This document shows positions 47,038 to 58,206 of a stretch of 64,000 bases of DNA, one piece after another. The position numbers and the translations under genes are program-made. The notes below the pieces were generated by a model. It saw only the letters and a list, made by a program, of their open reading frames with translations, was not told where the DNA came from and ran no database searches. How positions within the stretch are numbered: the stretch's first letter is position 1; every line of letters starts with the position of its first letter. Source of the DNA: an uncultured delta proteobacterium (GTDB taxonomy: Bacteria; Desulfobacterota; RBG-13-43-22); contig CAWDKY010000053.1 of assembly GCA_963802945.1 (NCBI GenBank), forward strand, positions 1 through 64,000, in the 5' to 3' direction.

Positions 47038-48321
47038 TCACCCAGGGCGGTAAACGGGTATGACATAAGGGCCTTCGGGGATGACGGCAATGTGTTTATC
47101 TCTTTTCTCAAACAGACATTTCTGAACGGCTTTAGGGAGCGAATCGATTATATCGACGCCGGTCAAGGCTTTTTCTTCCTTGCTCAGCCCTTCGCTGAAC
47201 AGATGGATGCTTCCGGCCTTCATGGCCTTGATCTGCATGACCGTTTCCCATTCATCCACGTCGGCATATATCTTCTGCTCGGCCTCAGCCAAAAAAGCGT
47301 CCATACCCAGATAATTCAATCTGTTCTGTGATTGGGCGAATTCCTTTGATCCCAAGCCTTCCGAGCATTCCGAAACGATAAAAAGATCCCCTCCCGGTTC
47401 CAGAATATCTGTCACCCCGAGCAGACCCTTGACAGTCTGATAGTAAGTTATATCCAAGGGATAGCCGGAAGCGCTGGTGATAACGGTCTTGAACTTTCGA
47501 GCCACGGGGATCTCAAAGAAGGGCCTGGCAAAACTGACAGCGGCAGAATGACTCTCCTCTATCAGGCCGAAATTCACAAAGGAGAGGTTCCGGTTTTCAT
47601 CGATAACCGTATTGACGGCCAGGATTTTACCGGCCATGCGGACCGCCCGCAAGAGTTCCTCATGCAATGGGTTGCCTTCCAGCAGACAATTAGTCGCCCG
47701 TTCATGTTGCAGGATCTTGGCAGAATGCAATACCTTGATGGTATCCTCATGGGCGATCCCGGGTAAAACGACCTTTCGGCCCCCGGAATATCCGGCCATA
47801 AAATGAGGCTCAACCAGCCCGACAACCAGCCGCAGATCCACATCCAAAAATCGTCTGTCCAGCTTCACCGGCGTGCCCCTGGGCGTTGTGCCCAGATACC
47901 GATGGTCGGCCTCGTTTCGTGCAAAGTGATTGACTGCCCGAACGTTCTTCAAGACCCAATCGTTTCCGATTATTTTGGCAAGTTCTTCTCTAATATTGGG
48001 TCGATGAAATCCTGTGGCCACCAGCAGAGTAATGGCCTTGAGTGGTATGCCGGATTGGATTAATGCCCGGATGATTTGCGGCAAGACCATCGCATTCGGA
48101 ACAGGCCGAGTGATGTCACATACCAGGATACAAACGCTTTGACATCCTTTGGCCTCTTCGGCCAAAGATTTACAACCTACCGGAAGGGACAAGGCCTTTT
48201 CTACAGACACCTCCGGATCACGGACTATCGGCATCTCCTTTTTCCGGATAATATCCGTCTTCAGGTCTTCAGGAAGATCAAAGGGCAATCCGGTCTTCCC
48301 ATATCTCATAACAATCCGCAT
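47038..48321 (-). CDS. larA: nickel-pincer-dependent lactate racemase family protein
   Basis: DITRPVP, ATGFHR, EPHFMAGYSGGRK..PG, GYPLD..YQTVKG, VIPEGPY. Confidence 0.9.
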   Translation of the reverse strand: MRIVMRYGKTGLPFDLPEDLKTDIIRKKEMPIVRDPEVSVEKALSLPVGCKSLAEEAKGCQSVCILVCDITRPVPNAMVLPQIIRALIQSGIPLKAITLLVATGFHRPNIREELAKIIGNDWVLKNVRAVNHFARNEADHRYLGTTPRGTPVKLDRRFLDVDLRLVVGLVEPHFMAGYSGGRKVVLPGIAHEDTIKVLHSAKILQHERATNCLLEGNPLHEELLRAVRMAGKILAVNTVIDENRNLSFVNFGLIEESHSAAVSFARPFFEIPVARKFKTVITSASGYPLDITYYQTVKGLLGVTDILEPGGDLFIVSECSEGLGSKEFAQSQNRLNYLGMDAFLAEAEQKIYADVDEWETVMQIKAMKAGSIHLFSEGLSKEEKALTGVDIIDSLPKAVQKCLFEKRDKHIAVIPEGPYVIPVYRPG

Positions 48322-48462
48322 TTCATGCCTCTGGAAGAGTCAGACCATCTATTTCTCTTACAAAACAACGTGTACTGAAAAATCGAAACAACTTCATTCT
48401 TTGCCCGAAATTCATTCTTGATTATATTAACACAGCTTTAACCCAAAAAGGAAAGCTTTCAG

Positions 48463-49191
48463 AAGGGATTTGCCCAGAGTGAACTAATCCGTACCAAGAC
48501 AGATAAGATTGACGCCGGCATCATTGCCCGCTTCGCTCTAGCCATGAAACCAGACCCCTGGATTCCATCTCCACCGGAAATCAGGTCGCTTAGAGCCTCT
48601 GGTCAGACGGGCCGATAGCCTGATCGACATACTGACTCAGGAGAAAAATCGGCTGGGTACAGCTCATGAATCCGTAGTTCCCTTCATCAAGGAACATATG
48701 ACCTATTTAGATCAGGAAATCGAAAAAGTAAGGAAACAGATGGCCGAACTGATTGATCAGGATCCGAATCTGAGACAAAAAAAGAAATTACTACTTTCCA
48801 TCCCAGGTATCGGTAAGATAACTATCGCTGCTATCCTGGCCGAATTGTATGACCTGGATAAATTCAATCATGTCCGTGAACTGGTAGCTTTCATCGGACT
48901 TGCTCCCAAGGAAAAGATCTCAGGATCATCCATTAAAGGCAAACCCAGGCTAAGCAAGATCGGTCATGGGCGTCTCAGGAAAACTCTATACATGCCGGCG
49001 CTGGTATCGATTCAATGTAACCCCGTTATTATCCTTTTTTATAACCGGCGAAAAGAAAAAGGTAAAAATGGAAAAGTCATCGTTTGTGCGGTTATGCGGA
49101 AACTGGTTCATATTATTTTCGGCATCTTAAAATCAGGGAAGATGTTCGATCTAAATTATAAACCAACCTTCGCTTGACTAGAACGGTATCT
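48463..49191 (+). mobile_element. IS110-family transposase, 5'-truncated and frameshifted remnant
   Basis: KGFAQSELIRTKTDKIDA..IARF, QEKNRL, LLSIPGIG, AFIGLAP..SGSS, GHGRLRKTLYMPA, AVMRKL. The N-terminal DEDD start is missing. Confidence 0.88.
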
Positions 49192-49650
49192 ACTACTCTT
49201 CAAAAAGCTGGCTCAAAAAATTATCAATTACCGTTTGAAATGTGCATAAGAAAAGCAGGGTTAAAAATTCTGACCCTATCTACCCTTTTTTTGTTTATTC
49301 TCATACATTATCTTATCCGCTTGAATAAGTAGGACATCGATGGAACAAGGATTTTGGGGATCAAAACAGGCCAGACCCCAGCTCAGGGAGAGTATATAGG
49401 GACGCATTGTTCGGAGAAGATGGTCATTTTTAATATGCATACTGGATGGCACATGGGGATCTTAAGAATTAAGCATCGGCGATCGCATCCCCACCTGGCT
49501 GGGGCCTAGAAGTGGGAAACCCTTCTAGGCCCTCCAGGCTTTCTAAGAATATAATCAAACAACCTCGTTGGTCATCATTTATGAATCTTTACAACAACCA
49601 GAGAAATCTGTGAAAATTTTTCCAGGAGGGTTGTTGGTGCCCAGCCGGCC

Positions 49651-50691
49651 TCATTTTTTCCCTGGTACAAAGTCCTTAATCCTGATGGCCACTATGGTGT
49701 TAAACCGTTTGTCATAGGGCAATCCATACCCCAAATTTGCCGTGTAAAGGATCCCATCCCGGACTATGAGACTACAGGGACCCTGGAATAAAGGACTGGC
49801 AATGGTAATTCGGTTTGGGTATCCCGTCGGAGGAATAACGGTGATCTGGTTTGCTCCCGGCTCGGCAATATAGAGGTACCCTTCGTCATCCATTTCTACA
49901 CCATCAAGCCAGGTATGTCCCCGGGAGTAAACCTCGGCCTTACCCGCACTCCCGTCCGCGTTGATGGGAATTTTAATGACCTTTCCCTCCAGGGTAGTAG
50001 TAACGGCATAAAGGTTTTTCTGGGCTTTATCGAGGACGATATCATTTACCCCCAGCGGTAAGTCTGGATCCGACAACCAGTTCAGGAGAGGGTCGTCTGA
50101 CCACATCGTGACTTTCTTGCCATCCGGTGAGATCTTCCAGATACCGGCGTAAGTCAGGTCGGTGAGGTAAATATTTCCCGCATTGTCGACTGCAACGTCG
50201 TCCGGGAAACAAAAGGGCCACCCGTCACCCCTCGTGGCCACTGGTGTGACCTGGCGGGTCTTAGCGTCGATCTTGTAAACTCCGCTCCTTGTGACCCTCA
50301 CATCGTGGCAAGCTGGATGGTTCTTGTTCGGTATATCGTTTTGAATATTGAGGTACTTAGAAACTTGGAGATAGGTAACATAAAGATTATTATCCTTATC
50401 CGCCTCGAGGCCGTAGATTTCTCCTTGGCCGCTTTCTTGCTTGGATGGCACCCAGGCCACGTGTTCATAAGCACCCTTGTCCTTCAGCAAGACAACTTCA
50501 CCTGTGTTATGCACCGTGGCGTAAAGGTTCTTTTTAGAGTCGACACAGAGTCCCTCTGGAGCGGCTGAGAGCTTGGTATAAACCCAGGTGCTGGGTCCTT
50601 GTGCCAAGGTAAGGTTAGGGACCAGGAAACCAATTGCCATTATTGTTGTTACTAAGTTGATTGCCACTATAAATTTTATTTTACTCCTCAT
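49651..50691 (-). CDS. exported SMP-30/gluconolactonase-family beta-propeller
   Basis: Signal peptide; APEGL, FPDDVAVDNAGNIYLTD, GVNDI, LDGVEMDDEGYLYIA. Confidence 0.85.
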   Translation of the reverse strand: MRSKIKFIVAINLVTTIMAIGFLVPNLTLAQGPSTWVYTKLSAAPEGLCVDSKKNLYATVHNTGEVVLLKDKGAYEHVAWVPSKQESGQGEIYGLEADKDNNLYVTYLQVSKYLNIQNDIPNKNHPACHDVRVTRSGVYKIDAKTRQVTPVATRGDGWPFCFPDDVAVDNAGNIYLTDLTYAGIWKISPDGKKVTMWSDDPLLNWLSDPDLPLGVNDIVLDKAQKNLYAVTTTLEGKVIKIPINADGSAGKAEVYSRGHTWLDGVEMDDEGYLYIAEPGANQITVIPPTGYPNRITIASPLFQGPCSLIVRDGILYTANLGYGLPYDKRFNTIVAIRIKDFVPGKK

Positions 50692-51044
50692 TCTGCTACC
50701 TCCCTTTTTTATTTTAATAATTTGGAATCTAACCAACCCCAAGATGTCTATCAGCGGTTATTCCCCCTTTCTTTTGCCATTACTTTAAAAATGACGAAAT
50801 CTTCACCTCCTCTCATTCTCCCTCCAATTAACTACGGGTAGTGAAGCCCAGTATTATATTTGAGCCCTGCCTTAGATTCGGTTGGCTGTGACGACCTTCC
50901 ATATCCCGATCAGAAAGAACAAATGGTTTAGTATTATTATTTTTTACTTTAATCTCTCCCAGGGATTTAGTCAAAACAAAAAATTAGTGTTGAATCTGAT
51001 TCCCTTTCCCTTTGGAAATCAAATATCAGGGATTTTTGGATACC

Positions 51045-53330
51045 CTAAAAATTCACTCTCATGCCAGCCCAGGCTGAGATGGGAGCACCCGGGCTCAAAA
51101 ACAGCTCATTATGACCGTTGAAAAAGTTGGTGTTTACCTGCCCGGAGGTTTCGTACCGCTGATTAAAGACATTGGTTGCCATGGCGAAAAGTTCAACGTG
51201 CTTACCGATCTTGTAGCGCGTGTTGAGATTAACCACTACATAGCTGGACACCTGCGGCAAATGATTGCTGTCATCGCCTCTCACAAACTGACTGGAGACG
51301 TATTGCAGTCCACCCCCCAGAAACCAGCCCTGCAGTACCTCATACTCGCCTCCGGCGTTGATCCGATGTTCGGGGATGCCGGGGATATGGTCGCCAGGAC
51401 GGACCTCCTCCGGCCCTACGGCATTCTCCAGCATTAACTGGTCCTCATAGGTCGCTCGAACAAAGCTGTAGTTGGCATACCATTGCAAGGGCCCTTTTTT
51501 CCCTTGCAAGGCAAATTCCACACCCTCGCGTACAGTATCACCCACATTCTGAAAATAGCCGCTGGAGAGCGATCCGCCGGGAGGGGTAACGAAAAGAATG
51601 TCGTTATTAAGTTCTGTATGGTAAACGGCAAAGTTATAACTGAGTAGGTTGCTTAGTTTTCCTCGCAGGCCCGTTTCCCATGTTCTTGCCACAACTGGCT
51701 GGAGAGATGGATCGGAAACGGAGCTGTTAGGCAGCGAGCAGGGGGCAGACGGATTTGAGCAGGTCAACTCGACCGGTGTCGGTGCACGCATTCCTTCGCT
51801 ATAGTTGGCAAAGAAGGTCAACTCTTTCACGGGAGAGGAAAGTGCGAAGAGCTGCATAAGATCGACTGTGAAACCGGCCGCAGGGTTGAGCCGCTCGAAC
51901 TCGTGGTCGCCACTTAAGGCCGTGCCCAGTTGGTCGGATAGCTGGGCATCGGCACGATTCCAGCGGGCCGATGCCGTAATGTGCCACCAGGGGGTGAGAG
52001 AAAAGGTGTCAGTAGCAAAAATGCCGAGATAATCGTTAGTAGCCACCACGTTGGTTGACTGTACAAACGGGCCGTTCGGTACGGTCACCGCGTCAAAGGT
52101 GGCGGTTAATGAGGCCGGCTGCTCTGATTGGGTGAATCGGCTGTGGCTGTAATCGTAGCTGGTGCCTATGGTGAATTGATTCTCTCTCTGAAAAAACTTG
52201 CCTTTGTAACTTGCCTCCAAGGTGAGGCCGACGCCATTTTGCACTGTGCTAGTTATAGCGTTCTGACCTGCGGGAACCAAGTTGCCGTTAGCATCCAGGC
52301 ATTCCTCCAGATTAAAGAAGGTGGCGCAGTTGGGGCCGATATTGCTGTTGAAGGTATCGGTCGTATTGCTTCGGAAGTAGATATTGCCCGCAAACTCCCA
52401 GTCCGATGTCATTTGGTGGCTCCCCGTGAGATTGATGAAATTAAGCTTGTTTCTCGTATTGTCGGGAGCGGTGTAGAAGGCATGACGGTCGATGTTGAGA
52501 AAGCTCTCCGGAGTCGGGCCGACGCCGTTCATCAGATTATCGGCAAACGTGTAGCTCAAATGGAGGTCTGTTGACCCGTTCACCCAGCCGACTTTGGCGA
52601 ACAGTTGGCGGATTTCACTGTCAGAGTGGGGACGCCAGCCATCATCTTCGGCAATGTTACCAGTGACGAACCAGTCAAACATATCATGCGAACCGCCATG
52701 CTCAAACTCGAAGGCTTTGCGGCCAAAGGTTCCCCCATAAGCTTCCAGGCGTGTACCAGGATCGCTCAGGCCGCTCTTGGTGCGAACAGAGAGCGCCCCA
52801 CCTAAGGTATTGAGACCGAACAGGGGATTGGAACCTGGGATAAGATCGATGCCAGCAATCGCTGAGAGCGGAATCAAGTCCCAATTAACGATGTCGCCGA
52901 ACGGCTCATTAATCCTGACCCCGTCCTCGTACACCGACATGCCAATTGGGGTGCCAAGAAGCGGTGAGGCAAGGAAGCCGCGATACGTAACATCTGGCTG
53001 GAAAGGATTCATCTGCACTTCATTAATAGTGACGCTTGAAAGCGTACGATTCATGAAATCGGGCAGGTCTAGCGGCTCATGCTGATTAATGGTCTCTTCG
53101 CCTGCCGACTGAACGTTGCCAGGCACCTTTTTCAGAGGCATGCCAAGACTCGGTACCGGCGTTATCCCGACCACAACTATTTCGGGTAATTCTTCGATAA
53201 CATTCGTGGGTGTATCAGATTCGGGTTGATTCTCACTAGCCGACAAAGTGAGCGGCATCATAAAGGTGAAGCCCGCAAGCAAGCAAAGCACCCAACTCAC
53301 AGTCCTGTCGAAGACTTTCCTCAAATACAT
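51045..53330 (-). CDS. TonB-dependent outer-membrane receptor
   Basis: Signal peptide, TonB box EIVVVG, plug YRGF..VYEDGVRINE..IDLIPG..LFGLNTLGGAL, C-terminal AWAGMRVNF. Confidence 0.93.
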   Translation of the reverse strand: MYLRKVFDRTVSWVLCLLAGFTFMMPLTLSASENQPESDTPTNVIEELPEIVVVGITPVPSLGMPLKKVPGNVQSAGEETINQHEPLDLPDFMNRTLSSVTINEVQMNPFQPDVTYRGFLASPLLGTPIGMSVYEDGVRINEPFGDIVNWDLIPLSAIAGIDLIPGSNPLFGLNTLGGALSVRTKSGLSDPGTRLEAYGGTFGRKAFEFEHGGSHDMFDWFVTGNIAEDDGWRPHSDSEIRQLFAKVGWVNGSTDLHLSYTFADNLMNGVGPTPESFLNIDRHAFYTAPDNTRNKLNFINLTGSHQMTSDWEFAGNIYFRSNTTDTFNSNIGPNCATFFNLEECLDANGNLVPAGQNAITSTVQNGVGLTLEASYKGKFFQRENQFTIGTSYDYSHSRFTQSEQPASLTATFDAVTVPNGPFVQSTNVVATNDYLGIFATDTFSLTPWWHITASARWNRADAQLSDQLGTALSGDHEFERLNPAAGFTVDLMQLFALSSPVKELTFFANYSEGMRAPTPVELTCSNPSAPCSLPNSSVSDPSLQPVVARTWETGLRGKLSNLLSYNFAVYHTELNNDILFVTPPGGSLSSGYFQNVGDTVREGVEFALQGKKGPLQWYANYSFVRATYEDQLMLENAVGPEEVRPGDHIPGIPEHRINAGGEYEVLQGWFLGGGLQYVSSQFVRGDDSNHLPQVSSYVVVNLNTRYKIGKHVELFAMATNVFNQRYETSGQVNTNFFNGHNELFLSPGAPISAWAGMRVNF

Positions 53331-53781
53331 TACGAGATCCTTCCACCGAGAAACTGCCGAGACTAGCTATAGCAGAGTTTTCCTTTGGGAATTTCGCTGA
53401 CAGGGATAGGGTTAGGCAACTGGGCAAGAATTTCTTGATTGACCTGCGCCTCGGCGTCGCGGCGTATAGTAAGTGGCGTTTCTGTGTGCCAACAATTTCT
53501 TCTGCGTTTCTGTCGCGCTGTCCCTGTTATCAGCATAGATTGAGCATACATACACGCATAATAACATTTACAACGACATTCCCCATATCAAAATCATTAG
53601 GGCTAATTAGGGCTAATACCCCCTCCATAATTTAGCTGCAAGTCACCTTTTAATATATTTAATCACTTGAAACAAGTTTTTCTTTCAATGGAGTCGAAGT
53701 TTTAATGAGAAATTACATTTATCGCAATGAAAAACGTCAACGAGAGACAGGTATCCCTCATTTCACATTGAAAACCCTATG

Positions 53782-54125
53782 TTAAGCAGAATAGTATCGT
53801 AATCGTTCAATCCGTGCCAGTATCTCGGCAAATAACCTCTTGTCTATCGCGACCTCTGCCATCTGAAACGTAACATATCTGCTGTGCCTGACAACTTTCG
53901 CTCCGATCTTAATGAGCTTTACGAGCAGGCTCCGAAGTGACCAGTGTTTTATTTTACTCGGAAGAACCAATCGTCGCAGGAAATTGCCCAGGTTATACGC
54001 CAGAACAAACAGCCAGAGCCTGACCCGATTTGAGATGAAACGTTTGCATGAGAGCCGGGTCCAGTTCAGAGCATACTTGCCTTCTTTTATCCATTGCTCG
54101 GCAGTTCCTCTGCCATTGTAGAAGT
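53782..54125 (-). mobile_element. IS1380-family transposase 3' remnant
   Basis: HFYNGRGTAEQWIKEGKYALNWTRLSC..LAYNLGNFLRRL..WSLRSLLVKLIKIGAKVVRHSRYVTFQMAE. Confidence 0.85.
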
Positions 54126-54377
54126 GTTCAATACCTTTACGTCATGTCAAAGAACAAAGGCCGACAGCAGCCAATAGGAACCAAGAAGCATATCCAAAAA
54201 GGTTATTTATCCACCTTAACCATTGCTTTTGAAGAGAATTTTCTTTCGCCTATCTCCCCAAGCCAGTTTTGATTTACTCTTATGGTTTATGATCTTTAAA
54301 TTATATTTTGGGCAACAGCCCCTTAAGAATGAATTGGAGATTGATCCGGCCTGTGACGAGATCGTGCATTTTTTAAC

Positions 54378-54406
54378 TTGACAATACCTAACGGCTAAAT
54401 TAAATT
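54378..54406 (+). promoter_or_regulatory. sigma70-type promoter for the ABC operon
   Basis: TTGACA-17 nt-TAAATT. Confidence 0.55.
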
Positions 54407-54604
54407 TTAGCCAATTTGAGAAAGCGGAGCAAAAGAAATTTTCCATAGTCCTAAACTTTTCTCTCCATTTTTTTGTTGGTTTTGGATTTAGCAACTCTCA
54501 GATGTACTTTTTTAGCGTATCATATATGTCTTTTTTACTGATCCTAAAAGCAATTTCAATTTTTCAACCAAAGAATTAAATCTTTAATTAACAAGGAGGA
54601 AAAA

Positions 54605-55975
54605 ATGAAAGCAAAGAGTAAGTTTCAGAGACAATGGATCTTAATGGGATGCATTTTTATGTTTTTCGTTTTTTTAATCGGCCTACCGCAGGCCGGGGCC
54701 TTTGTGCCCTTAAAAGGGGACCTTTCCAAGTATGACCCCAATCATCAGACCTTTCCAACCTCAGGCGATACCATCAAGATCGCCATCTGGGACGTCTTCA
54801 GCGGACCGGACGCCTGGATCGCGGAGGCCTATTATGCCCTGCTCGGCTTTGTGGCCCAGGATATCAACTCTCAGGGCGGCATCAAGGTGGATGGCAAGAT
54901 GAAGAAGATCCAGATCATCAAAGCTGACACTCAGGCCAAACCCGACCCGGCCAAACGGGCCATGGAAAAGGCCATTCTGGAAGACAAAACCAATTTCCTG
55001 ACCGGGGTGGCCGGAAGCCACCTGATGAAGGCCGGCATGGCTGTAGCCAAACAATACAAGGTCATCTTAGTGAACAATGCCGCCTATACCGACGAGCTCA
55101 TGTTCACTCCTGATTTTAACGAATACACCTTTCGCACCTGCGGGACTGTTGATGGGAATTCCAAGACGGCGGGGGCTTATTATGCAAAACGACCAGAAAC
55201 CAAGTTTTACATCTTAGCTCAGGACTACCTTTTTGGACATGCCTGCGCCAAAGCCTTTAAGGAAACCTTAAAAATTATGAAGCCCAATGCCCAGATTGTC
55301 GGCGAAGAATACTTTCCGGTGTTTACCAAAGACTTCGGGCCTTACCTGGAGAAGGTCAGGGCCTCCGGGGCCGAAGCGATCTTTTCCATGGCCTGGGGCG
55401 CCGACAGCGAGAATACGATCAAGCAATCGAGACAACTAGGCTTAAAAAGTCCATTAAACAAAGACTTGTACATCCCAATTATCAGTACCTTTCTGGATGC
55501 CACTCAGCCCCTGGAGGCTATCGGCGGACCGGCCGGCCGGGGGCTGGTACTGAACACCGATTTTCAACTGGATCCCAGAAGACCGGGTGACAAAAAATTA
55601 ATGGATATATGGCACAAATTATGGATGACCTGGAAAGCCCCCTATAATTCAGTAAATCATGAATGGCCCAACGGCGGCTGGCTCAGGAACATGGTCTCCT
55701 ATTACTGGTTATGTCAGGTAATCCAAAAAGCCGGAAGTCTCGATCCCCAGAAGATCATCGCTGCCTGGGAGGGAGACACCTTCGATGCCATCGGTCAAAA
55801 ACAGTACATGAGGCCCGATGATCATGAGGCCATAGCCGACCGGGCGCTTTGCGTATTGGAATTCCCCAATAAGTGGTTCAAAAATAATGCCGGCCCCGGT
55901 CTTCCCACCTGGATACCGGCCAAAGATTGTATGCCCGGCATGGATCCGAAACTTGTTGGACGTGTAAAAAAATAG
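54605..55975 (+). CDS. LIV-type ABC transporter substrate-binding protein
   Basis: Signal peptide, IKIA..FSGP, INSQGGI, YTFRT, QDYLFG, DFGPYLEKV. Confidence 0.9.
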   Translation: MKAKSKFQRQWILMGCIFMFFVFLIGLPQAGAFVPLKGDLSKYDPNHQTFPTSGDTIKIAIWDVFSGPDAWIAEAYYALLGFVAQDINSQGGIKVDGKMKKIQIIKADTQAKPDPAKRAMEKAILEDKTNFLTGVAGSHLMKAGMAVAKQYKVILVNNAAYTDELMFTPDFNEYTFRTCGTVDGNSKTAGAYYAKRPETKFYILAQDYLFGHACAKAFKETLKIMKPNAQIVGEEYFPVFTKDFGPYLEKVRASGAEAIFSMAWGADSENTIKQSRQLGLKSPLNKDLYIPIISTFLDATQPLEAIGGPAGRGLVLNTDFQLDPRRPGDKKLMDIWHKLWMTWKAPYNSVNHEWPNGGWLRNMVSYYWLCQVIQKAGSLDPQKIIAAWEGDTFDAIGQKQYMRPDDHEAIADRALCVLEFPNKWFKNNAGPGLPTWIPAKDCMPGMDPKLVGRVKK

Positions 55976-56067
55976 GGGTTTTTCATTTTTTCTCTCAAAG
56001 CTCACCTTTTCCAGAGGCGAGCTTTGAGCATGACATAAAAGCTTTTCGTAAATAGTCCCTTTGACCC

Positions 56068-56190
56068 GTCACCCCGGCGAAGGCCGGGGTCCAGAAATTA
56101 TCAGGATTCCTGGATGCCGGCTTTCGCTGGCATGACGACTTTGATGGCACTATCTGCAATTAGGACACAGCCTCGAAAGCCGGATTCCAT
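56068..56190. repeat. REP-like hairpins with a partial inverted TIR-MITE
   Basis: GTCACCCCGGCGAAGGCCGGGGTCCAG...CTGGATGCCGGCTTTCGCTGGCATGAC...GACACAGCCTC-GAAAGCCGG. Confidence 0.8.
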
Positions 56191-56362
56191 TGTTTGCCCG
56201 CCGTTGGCGGTCATAAATTCCTTCGGATTAATTCTCGGCGGGGTCTTATTGAGTCCGCCATGAAGGGGTAGGCTTTCATTTTTTGAACAAGATTTAAATC
56301 GCCCTTACGTAGTTATTTTTCATTATTAAAGATTAAAGATTCATCGGCAGGAGGATTATTAG

Positions 56363-57235
56363 ATGAGTCCGACTACGGTTCTGTATGTCGCTCAGGCTAT
56401 TCACGGCCTGGCTTACGGCATGTTGCTTTTTTTGATAGCATCTGGCCTGACCTTAATCTTTGGCATGATGGGAATTCTGAACATCGCCCACGCCTCTTTT
56501 GCCATGTTGTCCGCCTATTTCTGTTTCACGGTTACGCAACTTACCGGAAATTTTTGGCTGTCACTGTTGATTGCCCCACTGGCTGCCGGAATCTGCGGGG
56601 TTGTGACTGAGCGTTTTCTCTTGCGTCCGGTCCATAAACAGGGACATCTGGCCGAACTCCTCTTGACCGTGGGACTCATGACCCTCATCCTTGAAATCGT
56701 CAAGTTCTTCTGGGGAACCGAGAGTCTGGTGGTGGCCATACCTACCAGCCTGAACAGGCTGTTGCATTGGGCCGGTCTGACCTACCCGGTCTACCGCCTT
56801 TTTATTATTGGAATATCTCTGGTGGTATTGGCTTTTATGGCCTTTATTCTTTTCAAGACCAGGTTGGGCATGATTGTGAGGGCGGCTGTCTCCGACCCGG
56901 ATATGGTCAGCGCCCTGGGCGTTAATACACCCCTCGTCTTTATGCTGGTTTTCGGCATCGGGATCTGGCTGGCCGGTATAGCCGGGGCGGTGGCCGGACC
57001 GCTTCTGACCGTCTTTCCAGGCATGGCCGATCTCTTGGGTATGGATGCCTTTGTGGTGGTGGTGGTGGGAGGATTCGGGAGCCTCGGCGGCGCCTTTATC
57101 GTAGCTCTCTTTTTAGGGGAGTTGAATGCTTATGGGATTCAGTTTATTCCCCGACTGGCCCCAGTTCTAATGTTTACCTTTATGGCCCTTGTCTTAGCCT
57201 TTAAACCGATGGGTCTATTTGGAGAAAGAGAATGA
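56363..57235 (+). CDS. LivH-like ABC permease
   Basis: ASGLTLIFGMMGILNIAH, TRLGMIVRA, VVVGGFGS, KPMGLFG. Confidence 0.92.
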   Translation: MSPTTVLYVAQAIHGLAYGMLLFLIASGLTLIFGMMGILNIAHASFAMLSAYFCFTVTQLTGNFWLSLLIAPLAAGICGVVTERFLLRPVHKQGHLAELLLTVGLMTLILEIVKFFWGTESLVVAIPTSLNRLLHWAGLTYPVYRLFIIGISLVVLAFMAFILFKTRLGMIVRAAVSDPDMVSALGVNTPLVFMLVFGIGIWLAGIAGAVAGPLLTVFPGMADLLGMDAFVVVVVGGFGSLGGAFIVALFLGELNAYGIQFIPRLAPVLMFTFMALVLAFKPMGLFGERE

Positions 57236-58206
57236 GTAAGTGGTCTAATTGGATTAAATGGGCGGTGGTCGCTCTTATTGCAGTCGGTTTTCCGCGTGTT
57301 TTCAACCTCTATTATACCAACCTGTTTTTAGCCTTTGCCATTTTTTCTCTCTATGCGGTGAGCGTTAACCTGCTGCTGGGCTATATGGGAGTTTTAAGTT
57401 TTGGTCATGCCATGTTTTTCGGCACCGGAGCCTATGTAACAGCCATTGCCCTAACACGCATCCCGGGATTACCTTTATTGCCGGCTATCCTGCTCGGGGG
57501 CCTGGCCGGCGGTGTGCTGGCCGTGATCTTAAGCCCTTTGTTGGTCAGGGTCAGCGGAACGGCCTTTGCCATGTTGACTATGGCCTTTGGTCAGCTCATC
57601 TTTGTCCTGGCCCTGAAATTCAGGGAGGTCACCGGGGGAGAGGACGGTATCGGTGGCTTTACCGTTCCGCCTCTTCACATTCCAGGCCTGATATCCATTG
57701 ATATGACCAACCAGATCAATTTTTATTATTTCGCCATGGCTGTGGTGGTGGTGTGTCTATTGGTCTTGTGGTTTTACACCAAAACTCCTTTTGGAAGCTT
57801 GATCGTCGGTGTTCGGGACAATGCCCTGCGCATGGATTATCTGGGATTTAACTTAAACCAGACCAAGGCCATCAATTTGATCATCAGCGGTACCTTCGCC
57901 GGCATCGCCGGTTCGCTTAACGCCCTGCTTCTAAAACTGGTCTCTACGGTGGGAATATTGGACATAGGAACCTCCTTTTTACCCATCATGATGGCCTATA
58001 TCGGCGGTGTAGGCAGTTTCGTCGGCCCGATTTTCGGTTCAGCGGTTATTCATTTCCTAGAAACGATGGCCATCCGCTTTACCGAGCGGATCGGCCTGAT
58101 AAATGGTGCCATCTTTATCCTGGTAGTCTTGTTTGCACCGCAAGGGCTGGTCGGTCTTTTCAATACAGCCAAGGCCAAGTGGTTTCAGAAGGAGAAGGTT
58201 TCATGA
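57232..58206 (+). CDS. LivM-like ABC permease
   Basis: NLLLGYMGVLSFGHAMFFG, TGGEDG, TPFG..VRDN, PQGLVG. Confidence 0.92.
   Translation: MSKWSNWIKWAVVALIAVGFPRVFNLYYTNLFLAFAIFSLYAVSVNLLLGYMGVLSFGHAMFFGTGAYVTAIALTRIPGLPLLPAILLGGLAGGVLAVILSPLLVRVSGTAFAMLTMAFGQLIFVLALKFREVTGGEDGIGGFTVPPLHIPGLISIDMTNQINFYYFAMAVVVVCLLVLWFYTKTPFGSLIVGVRDNALRMDYLGFNLNQTKAINLIISGTFAGIAGSLNALLLKLVSTVGILDIGTSFLPIMMAYIGGVGSFVGPIFGSAVIHFLETMAIRFTERIGLINGAIFILVVLFAPQGLVGLFNTAKAKWFQKEKVS

Noticed and set aside
48330-48465. Bridge-RNA locus of the IS110 element
   Set aside because: The left end and 5' part of the transposase are deleted, and no structured non-coding end can be supported.
49495-49540. Hairpin GGGCCTAGAAG...CTTCTAGGCCC as an ncRNA
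   Set aside because: A single stem downstream of the propeller gene; a terminator or REP-like hairpin explains it.
53475-53492. Sigma54 promoter TTGGCACACAGAAACGC upstream of the TonB receptor
   Set aside because: GG-to-GC spacing is one base too long and the TTGC element is absent.
53335-53560. Cobalamin or other riboswitch ahead of the TonB receptor
   Set aside because: No recognisable conserved riboswitch motifs by eye; an Rfam scan would be needed.
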